Below the pieces are notes generated by a model that worked only from the letters and a program-made list of their open reading frames with translations, did no database searches and was not told the DNA's origin. This document shows positions 56,101 to 64,000 of a DNA stretch of 64,000 nucleotides, piece after piece. The position numbers and the translations under genes were made by a program. The stretch's first letter is position 1. Every line of letters begins with the position of its first letter. The stretch comes from Chrysomallon squamiferum (Eukaryota; Animalia; Mollusca), in NCBI GenBank assembly GCA_012295275.1, contig CM022673.1, forward strand, positions 23,746,001 through 23,810,000, read 5' to 3'.

Positions 56101-56754
56101 AGCCCAAACGTTTTCATCTGTGGTACACTCTTGACAAACCTAAAGAAGGTAACAACTTAACAGCACAGTCACTTACTGCTAGCAAGTGTGTAACCTTCTG
56201 TTAACAAATAATTAACAATAATGTTACCCATGCTTAAAAACATTATTAATAACTATAGTGTCCCACAGAAAACTAATTAAAAATTAGTTTTTAATAAATA
56301 ATAAACAGTTCTATTCCCAAATGTTAAGAAATAATTAAAAAGTTTTCCACTATTTACTATTCTTAACAATTTTTAATAACTATTGGTTTGTGGGAGGGTT
56401 TTAACAACCTACATCAAAAAACATCAAAACCCTTTCTGCACTAAGCACTGATGGGAACTCACTGATGATGTTATTATTTACTTGCATGTTTTGTTTTAAC
56501 ATTACACAAACTTCTACACTTAATAAAATATCTGATCTGTCAGAAACATTTATGAAATGTTCAAAATGCTTTTTCTTTCAGGGTGGGAGTACAGCAAGGG
56601 GTTTGTTGATGATCAGATGATCAAGGAACACTTACCCCCACCAGGAGATGACACCCTCATTCTCATGTGTGGCCCTCCACCCATGATAAATTTTGCCTGT
56701 GTGCCTAATCTCGACAAACTGGGATACAGTCCAAGTCACAGATTTTCTTATTGA
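48355..56754 (+). CDS. CYB5R3: NADH-cytochrome b5 reductase, copy 2 (exons 2-9 with open frames, no own exon 1; may be a pseudogene)
   Basis: Exons 48355-48501, 49444-49516, 49919-50025, 50215-50344, 55288-55371, 55730-55815, 56049-56148 and 56582-56754; no stops or frameshifts; exon 2 acceptor changed CAG>GAG; LTR element in intron 5. Confidence 0.8.
48765..49208 (+). mobile_element. LINE 3' remnant with poly(A) tail (longer version of the 43270 fragment)
   Basis: ...REDRICHL...[11 protein letters not shown] continuing to aataaa plus an A-run at ~49183-49208. Confidence 0.65.
50460..50650 (+). repeat. 5' LTR
   Basis: Matches 54968-55153 with 10 substitutions and one small indel block; contains TGACGTCA and AATAAA. 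Confidence 0.95.
50653..50670 (+). promoter_or_regulatory. Primer-binding site for tRNA-Ser(GCU)
   Basis: TGGCGACGAGGATGGGAT is the complement of the animal tRNA-Ser(GCU) 3' end as I recall it (...AUCCCAUCCUCGUCGCCA). Confidence 0.8.
50714..54645 (+). pseudogene. Disrupted gag-pol of the Gypsy element
   Basis: Gag [11 protein letters not shown]...YIERLEQY with stops at 50879 and 50918; protease VDTGASVS; [11 protein letters not shown]; RNase H DAS, TDHKPL, NADALSR; integrase HHCC plus HVDF/SDNG/EAER; frameshifts near 51260 and 52015 and a stop at 52909. Confidence 0.9.
54968..55153 (+). repeat. 3' LTR
   Basis: Follows the PPT, ends taaca, then the TSD. Confidence 0.95.
55154..55246 (+). repeat. 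39-bp tandem amplification of the insertion-site sequence
   Basis: gatgtattaagtaaaa recurs at 55154, 55193 and 55232; single copy in the paralogous intron near 44790-44830. Confidence 0.9.
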
Positions 56755-56859
56755 GTTGCTTCATGATATTTGTCTGGCTGGTTGTTTGTCTGTCTGTCTT
56801 GGAGGAATTAACAGATGCTTGAAATGCTCTAAACAGACTGAATGATGTATTGACACCAT

Positions 56860-56908
<49 letters not shown>

Positions 56909-57946
56909 TACTATTAATAATTATATCTGATATTCTCCAAGGTTGTCAGGTTAATCAAGACATTTTTCACTATTATTTAATAAACTCCAACTTTGTTTGG
57001 TTGAGGTAGCTTTTTGTTGTATTAAACTATATTTTAAAATACTGTTCTTTCATATCTAGAATATTTTGGTACAATTTTGCTTTCAAAGATGTCCTTTGAG
57101 GAACATTGTTATTACCTGGCTTTGGATTTTACATTTTTGTATGTATTCATATATTTTTATCAGATTAAAAGAGAGATTTCTAAAGGAATTATTTTTGTTT
57201 TCATTACCAGAGTTTGTCCAATTTGAATTGTTGCTGATATAAAAAATAGAGAAATAAAGAGAAGACATCCATTCAGTGTTTTTTTATTTATCTGTTTCTG
57301 AGTTTCACAGGTATTAATTGCATTTGTTTAATATTTATGCAGAGAAGCTGTCACTGGACTACAGACATATCTGTACTGGTGTTAAAGTTTGTAAAAATAT
57401 TTACATAATATTTTAAAGCTTTTTCTTTTGTAGAAGTTTATCTTAAGAAATAAAAGCTTTTTGATAAATGTTTTGGTTTTGTTTCTTTGGGAAACTGTAT
57501 TTGTCAATATTTCATTTTATCTTAGTATAAAATTATATTTTAAAACTTCAAAACATTCGTTCATCATTTAATTTTGACTGAAATAATAACAAAAAGAATA
57601 ATAATAATACAAAATCTCAATTATTGAAAAAATATTTAAACATTCCAAACAGATAAATGATCACACAGCTTGAAGTCATGCTGCAGATGTTGGGCCTTTT
57701 TTTGTTTTGTTTTTTAATGAGTAAATAATTTAGCATCTGTTGGACAAGAAATGTCAGAAAATAGTTTTTACTGAAAATTACATTACATGATTTAACAGAC
57801 TTTTAATTTTAGATTCATTGCAATTTACAAGTCATTGCTTCAATAAATAAAATTGATCATAATTAATCATTACTCCAAAAGAGTAATTTAAATTTTGTAC
57901 GTTAATATTTATTTATTATTATCTTTTTTTATATATGTATGGAAAA

Positions 57947-57979
<33 letters not shown>

Positions 57980-57983
57980 TATC

Positions 57984-58030
<47 letters not shown>

Positions 58031-58269
58031 TTATTATTTATTACAACGTCATCAGTTATAAACAGTTATTAGTTAATCTAATGAATTAATGTGTTAAAAA
58101 AATGTATAAATGGATTAACTGGTACTCTTGCTAGCCAGATTTTAATTTGAGAATGTTAAAATGTATTTTATTAATAGTATATTTGTGAACGATATTAAAT
58201 TTTAATCAATCGAAACCACAACTTGAAACACTCCTTCTCAAGCACAGAAATAGAAAGTAGAATTTACTT

Positions 58270-58500
58270 CAAATAGGGCGGTATTCATCCGCTTCTGAAA
58301 GCATGAGACTACATCTGAGATGTTAATTGCTTCACTATAACTAATAAAACAAGTTCAAACTATTGAAAACAGCTAAATGTATTTGCTCTGTTATTAATTC
58401 GATATGAAATATAGAATTCACTTTATCTTTCTAGAACTATATTGTAGTAGTGTAATAACTAGTTTAGTTTGTTGTTCGGTGAACTTCCGCCATATGGAAA
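58270..58500 (+). promoter_or_regulatory. Likely MED25 promoter
   Basis: GC box gggcgg near 58276 and overlapping ETS/YY1-type acttccgccat near 58483, about 150 nt before the ATG. Confidence 0.45.
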
Positions 58501-58645
58501 AATAGACGGTAGTTTTATTAATCGATAACCGTATTTAAAATGGAAAATGTTATTTATTAATAGTTTACCCAAGTTTGCCTGTACAGTTTACTTATTTACT
58601 GACTGAAAACTGCAAATTTATGGAAAACAGACATTGAAAGAAGAA

Positions 58646-58770
58646 ATGATTCCTTTGGTCGACAACCCTGTGGGTCCAGTTTATGATGTTGTGTTTGTTG
58701 TTGAAATGACAGCAAATTTGGCAAGTTATATAAATGCACTGAAAACATCATACATTTTACCAACACTCGA
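58646..58770 (+). CDS. MED25: MED25 exon 1
   Basis: MIPLVDNPVGPVYDVVFVVEMTANLASYINALKTSYILPTL. Confidence 0.9.
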
Positions 58771-59094
58771 GTAAGTAACTTTAAAAATAAATAAATAAAT
58801 AAAATAAGAGAGAAAATAATACGTGTTTTTTTAATACTAAAATATCTAATAGTCGCGTGTGATTATTTTGATCAGGATTCATAATATCAATATCATGCAC
58901 TATGCAGACTAATCTTAGTAATCACGTCAGACAGATGATACTTTGATAGTCAAGTACTGTATAATGTTACATTTACAGTAATTGTGTATTCAGTAATAAA
59001 TCTTCGTTATGGATCTTGTTATAAACAAAGGAATAACTCAGTTTCTTATAAAACAATTCAAAATATTTGAGAGGGTTTGGGTTAGTTTAGAATT

Positions 59095-59133
<39 letters not shown>

Positions 59134-62100
59134 ATTCGCTTTTCCTAAGTTGAAAAGATATTACACCAATCTGAAACATGATTTTGGATTCAAACTTGTT
59201 CAAATCTTAAACGGCTCCTATCTGATTTTGAATATAATATATATTTTGGCTCATTTTTATTGATGCATATTAATTTATTTTTTAAACATTTAAAAAAAAA
59301 ATAATTATTATAATGTATTGTACATAAAACCTCAATGCGCTTTAATTATTCACAGTCATAATTTTAAGTCTTTAAATCTTAACACTTCTGAACACTTTTT
59401 GGAGTATTTTACCCAAAAATGGTAAGTCCTATCAAACAATATTACTCAGTTTTAAAAATGTACAAGAATTTTCATTGATATTTGTTTTGTGTTTTTGTCA
59501 ACAGACACTTCAATGGAGCTCCTGCTGATCCTACTGATTATGGAAATGATGTAAGGTTTATAATATCTTTTAATTAAAACATTAATAAAAATCTCTCTAT
59601 ACATGGCTGTATGTATTATATATTACATAAATGTACATATAAACAGCCACACTCATGCACACATATGCATCTTTCTGAAATTACTGTTGTTTGTTCACAT
59701 ATTTTTAAGTTATTATAAGTTTATTATTATTATTATGAAATGTATTACAATTTTCTTTAAAATGCAGATGTGCATGATTTACTTTTACTGTGTACATAAG
59801 TGTAGTAAGCTAGCACTGGCTTTGTCTTAGTATGTGTGTTCAAATACATTTCAGCCAATCAGTTATTTAATATTTGTGTTTTACAACTGAATGATATGTT
59901 GTTAATTTTTTTTTTTTTTTTTTTTATACTTGAATGGCACATTCTTAAAATATTTTAAATATTTTTTAAAGGTATTTGTTAAAATGATTTTGTTTTATAA
60001 TTTAATGGTACACTGTTAAAATGTTTTTGTTTTACAGTTCAGTAGTACTTTGTATGATTTAGTAACATTCCACTCAGGAGACATAGCACCAAGTCCTGCT
60101 TCAAACTGTACATATCCAACAACCAGCATCCATAAGTTTATTTCCTGGTTAGATGATGCTGAGTGAGTATTATAATTAGTAACATTCACTAGTCACAAAT
60201 GTTACATTTAAATATCAATACTCATAAATTTAAGTATCAAAATTCATAAATTTATATATCAGTAGTCACAAATATAAATATCAGTATTCACAAATTTAAA
60301 TATCAGAATTCATAAATATAAATTTCAGAATTCACAAATATAAATATAAGAATTAATAAATTTATATATCAGAATTCATAAATTTAAATAACAGAATTTA
60401 CAAATTTAAATAACAGAATTCACAAATTTAAATAATAGTATTCACATATTTAAATATCAGTATTCACAAATTTAAATACCAGCATTCACAATGGGTTGAT
60501 ACTTATTTTCCAGAGTCATGTGTTGTTAATAATGTGATATCTGAGTCAGTCCATACTGGCTACATCTCGCACGAACAAGATTCTCTCCTTTAACATAATT
60601 AAGATAATAATAATGATAATAAATAATGAGATACTGACAGTTTACTTTTCACTACTGCAGGTTCATTGGAGGCGAGGCACAGAGATTCAGTCACATTTCT
60701 GAGGGTTTAGGAACTGCCCTGCAGGTTTTTGATCACATCAAACAGTGCAGAAATCCAGGGTTGGTTTTCTTTGTACACACAGTTCATGTTATTACCCCAA
60801 AACAAGTCTAATAAATGTGTTAGCATTTAAAAAATTATAATAATAATAATAGTCATGGTAAAAGAGATATTTGTTATTTGCTAAAGTCTGTTTTATGATG
60901 TACTGTCATGCAACACACTTTTTAATTTTTTGTGATTTATGTGGACATCTGAGTTCCACCTCTATCTGTGTGAACTATTTTGTCTCCCATCACTCCCTCT
61001 CTCTCCTCTCGCCATATACAAACACAAACACATCCTATTCTTGTGTAGATATGCAACATTTATAACTGACTTTTATTTTAAACAATATTTTAAGCTCTAC
61101 TGGTTTATTTCTATAATGATTTTTACATTTATTTTAACTTAATATATTTCTTCTTCACTTCTTGTCTTTTGCTTTCCTATATTTATACTGTAAAGCACCC
61201 TTGGATAGACTTAGTTAGGGTGCTGTGTAAATATGGTATAATGATAACAAAAAGAGTGTTGTATTTGTAACAGAATAACGACACAGAGACACTGTATACT
61301 TGTGTGTAATTCACCTCCGTATCACCTGCCCTGTCAGGAAAGTCATGATTACTCGGGCTACACCAGTGACCAGTTGGCCACCATGCTGGGAAAGGTAGAA
61401 TATAACAAATACCATTTTAAATGAAAAATGTATAAATTAAGAGGTTTATCTTTTTATTTATTTATTTTTTGGTACTATTTCACTTTTTTACATTCACTGT
61501 TACAGTATTTAAAATCTATCAATTAAGCAGGATTAACGTTTGTTACAAAATTTTCCTGAAAGTAGTTTATTTTCTGATTATCTAATAATATCTCCATGAC
61601 AGCCAAACGTTTTTAGAAAGAAGATATTGCGGTTCATAATTGCTAACCCTGGTTTTGAAGCTGACCTATTTTCCCATGTTACCTATGGTTTATTTTCAGA
61701 TTATCTACTAATATCTCCATAACGATCAAAGAATTTTAGAAAGAAAATATTACAGTTCATAATTTCTAACTATTTTCCTACTACCTGTCTTTATAAATAC
61801 AAATGATTGCTATATGCTAAATATTTTAATATCTACAAAGTTGTCTGGTTTTACATTAAAACAGTTCCGATATATTTTTACATGAACATAATATTGCTGA
61901 AGTAATTTATTGACCTTTCTTTCACTACGTGAATTTTTTCTTTGACAGAGAGGTATTCATTTATCAATTATTTCACCAAAGAAGATCCCAGCTCTTCAGA
62001 AACTATTTGAAGAGGTGAGTTTTTATTTATTTTTAAAACTATAAATTTGATACCATTTTAATTTTGGTTGTCATCAGTGACTAAAATAATATTACCTTGC

Positions 62101-63911
62101 TATATTTTGTATATTGTTAACATTTTAACGTTTCTACACTTTGATATTTCAGGCGTATCCACAGGAGAAACCATTTGCACAGAAAGACTACACCATTGAC
62201 CCGCGACATCTTGTTCTCCTTCATGGCTTTCAGCTGCAAGGTTTAATGTTTCTCCATTAATTTACATTTTTACATTTTGTTTATTTTCAAATGTCATATT
62301 CTACATTTTACTTCTCAGAAGTTTAAATTCTTTTATGTTTTCTCATTTACTCGGTGGACGAGCAACGTTTACTAACTGTATACAGTGTTATTAATTATTT
62401 CTCACAGAACGCTCTCACACACCAACAGTGGAAGATGATAAACAAACAAACGAGTTGATAAAGCCTGGTCTGGGAGGTGAGTTTCTGTTTATTAAATCTG
62501 GTTATTGATTTATTTTTATAATACAAGTTTAAAGTGTTGACTGTAATTGTCATTAATGATTAAACAGGTATATTGTAGGTGTCACTTAGTTAATAATCCT
62601 TTCGCAAGAATGATAAGATAGTTATTTCTGATTTCAGGAACTGCAGCAGGTGGGGTAACAAGAACACACTCTCCAGCTCCTCCTGGTAGCTGTGATGGTC
62701 AGTTCAAAGTACCTGGTCCAGCAACATCAGCTGTCCCTGCCCAGTCTAGTAAGTGTTTGGTTAATATGTAGTCATCTGACAAGTAAGTGTTTACTTTATA
62801 TGTAGTCATCAGACAATTAAGTGTTTACTTTATATGTAGTCATCAGACAATTAAGTGTTTACTTTATATGTAGTCATCAGACAATTAAGTGTTTACTTTA
62901 TATGTAGTCATCAGACAATTAAGTGTTTACTTTATATGTAGTCATCAGACAATTAAGTGTTTACTTTATATGTAGTCATCAGACAACAAAGTGTTTATTT
63001 AATATGTAGTCATCAGACAAGTAAGTGTTTTCTTTATATGTAGTCATTAGACAACAAAGTGTTTATTTAATATCTAGTCATCAGATAAGTAATTGTGTAT
63101 TTTATATGTAGTCACCAGATAAGTGTTTACTTAATTAATGTTATCAGTCAACTAAGTGTTTGTTTAATGTGAAGTCATCCATAAAATCGACTTAAATTCT
63201 AATCATAGCTCAATTAAGTGTTTAATCAATGTGTAATTATCATACAAATGCTTATTAATCTTCAGTCTAGTAAGTGTTTACTTAATCAGACAGTAAAATG
63301 TTTACTAAGTGTAATAAGCAGATAAGCAGATGTCTATGATATGTAGAATATTTTTTTTTTTTTTTTTTGTTATTTTAGATTTGGCAGCAATGCCTCAACA
63401 TCCATCTCCCCAAGGATTATCTCCCCTGAATCCTCAGTCACAGGCCTCTAATCCGTCAGTCGCCCCCACTCAGCTATCTCCCGGTCCCATGCAGCCACCC
63501 ATACAACAGGTGCGTCCTGTCATGTCACTGCCCTCTGGTGCAGCGATGCAGACACCAAATATTGTGACATCCATATCTGGCGGGATGACTGCAAACACAG
63601 GGCCACCGTTACGACAGGTATTACCTCTACAGGTAAAAATTATTGTCATATTTGAATATTTACTGAATAGTTACCTAATTAAAAAAAGATCTTGTATTAC
63701 AGCAAATTCATTTGTGTTACTGTAGAGTTAAAATCAGCAGTGTGACAAGTATAAGATCAATTGTTTTTTTTTTGTTTTTTTTACAGTTTAAAGTAGTTGT
63801 TATTAGCTTTCAAAATTGTTACAGTTTGTCTTTTACATTTTTATTTAATTATATATTCTAAATAAAAGACTGTCTTTCAGGGTATGGTGAAACAGGAACC
63901 TGTAAATGCAG
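58646..63911 (+). CDS. MED25: Mediator subunit 25 (VWA domain and Pro/Gln-rich linker), truncated by the window end
   Basis: Exons 58646-58770, 59505-59550, 60038-60162, 60661-60759, 61274-61394, 61949-62014, 62153-62240, 62408-62476, 62638-62748, 63379-63632 and 63881-63911 join in frame; DVVFVVEMTANL, CILVCNSPPY, RGIHLSIISPKKIPAL and DPRHLVL match the MED25 VWA domain. Confidence 0.93.
59505..59550 (+). CDS. MED25: MED25 exon 2
   Basis: HFNGAPADPTDYGND. Confidence 0.9.
60038..60162 (+). CDS. MED25: MED25 exon 3
   Basis: FSSTLYDLVTFHSGDIAP...FISWLDDA. Confidence 0.9.
60205..60490. repeat. 22-bp intronic minisatellite (aattcacaaatttaaatatcag)
   Basis: About 13 tandem copies seen directly. 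Confidence 0.85.
60661..60759 (+). CDS. MED25: MED25 exon 4
   Basis: FIGGEAQRFSHISEGLGTALQVFD. Confidence 0.9.
61189..61232 (+). mobile_element. L2-type LINE/SINE 3' tail stem-loop remnant
   Basis: tgtaaagcaccct...agggtgctgtgtaaat with an 8-bp stem, resembling the common tgtaaagcgcc...ggcgctatataaat tail. Confidence 0.4.
61274..61394 (+). CDS. MED25: MED25 exon 5
   Basis: ITTQRHCILVCNSPPYHLPCQESHDYSGYTSDQLATMLGK. Confidence 0.9.
61949..62014 (+). CDS. MED25: MED25 exon 6
   Basis: RGIHLSIISPKKIPALQKLFEE. Confidence 0.9.
62153..62240 (+). CDS. MED25: MED25 exon 7
   Basis: AYPQEKPFAQKDYTIDPRHLVLLHGFQLQ. Confidence 0.9.
62408..62476 (+). CDS. MED25: MED25 exon 8
   Basis: Phase 1-1 exon RSHTPTVEDDKQTNELIKPGLG with good splice sites. 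Confidence 0.8.
62638..62748 (+). CDS. MED25: MED25 exon 9
   Basis: Phase 1-1 exon TAAGGVTRTHSPAPPGSCDGQFKVPGPATSAVPAQS. Confidence 0.8.
62749..63310 (+). repeat. 34-bp minisatellite starting at the exon 9 donor
   Basis: Unit (g/t)taagtgtttactttatatgtagtcatcagacaa; period confirmed at 62767 and 62801. Confidence 0.9.
63379..63632 (+). CDS. MED25: MED25 exon 10 (Pro/Gln-rich)
   Basis: Inside ORF 63330..63725; ttttag acceptor, cag|gtaaaa donor. Confidence 0.8.
63881..63911 (+). CDS. MED25: MED25 exon 11 (31 nt)
   Basis: tctttcag acceptor, g|gtaagt donor, GMVKQEPVNA. Confidence 0.7.
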
Positions 63912-64000
63912 GTAAGTTGAAAGGTTTAATTTTTTTTTTTTTTTTTTTTTTTTTTAATTAGTATTTTAATTAAATATTAACAAATATTTAAGTAAAAAAT

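Larger units (their letters stand above)
42149..58083 (+). repeat. Direct tandem duplication of the b5 reductase exon 2-9 block (42149-47748 and 47749-58083)
   Basis: Colinear introns, exons and 3' flanks; AATG shared at 42149, 47749 and 58080. Confidence 0.9.

Overview
AT-rich, microsatellite-laden animal genomic DNA (intron/exon style and repeat content suggest a lophotrochozoan, probably a mollusc; this is inference). Most ORF-track entries are low-complexity artefacts, so genes were rebuilt by hand from splice sites and phases. All four loci are on the + strand. (1) 1.9-7.0 kb: the 3' half of an opsin-like 7TM receptor lacking the retinal-binding lysine, with an extra ~166-codon exon in extracellular loop 2 that is 1 nt out of frame. 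(2) 15.5-33.7 kb: a complete 4-exon, 197-aa gene for a signal-peptide, six-cysteine, probably GPI-anchored protein with neuritin/RGM-N-like cysteine spacing. (3) 42-58 kb: NADH-cytochrome b5 reductase exons 2-9 in a direct tandem duplication with an AATG junction microhomology; the second copy lacks exon 1 and carries a decayed Ty3/Gypsy LTR retrotransposon (both LTRs, tRNA-Ser PBS, PPT, 5-bp TSD) in intron 5. (4) From 58.6 kb: MED25, 11 exons, running off the window. Also present are LINE remnants, two long inverted repeats, and several minisatellites that start at, and in some cases copy, splice sites.
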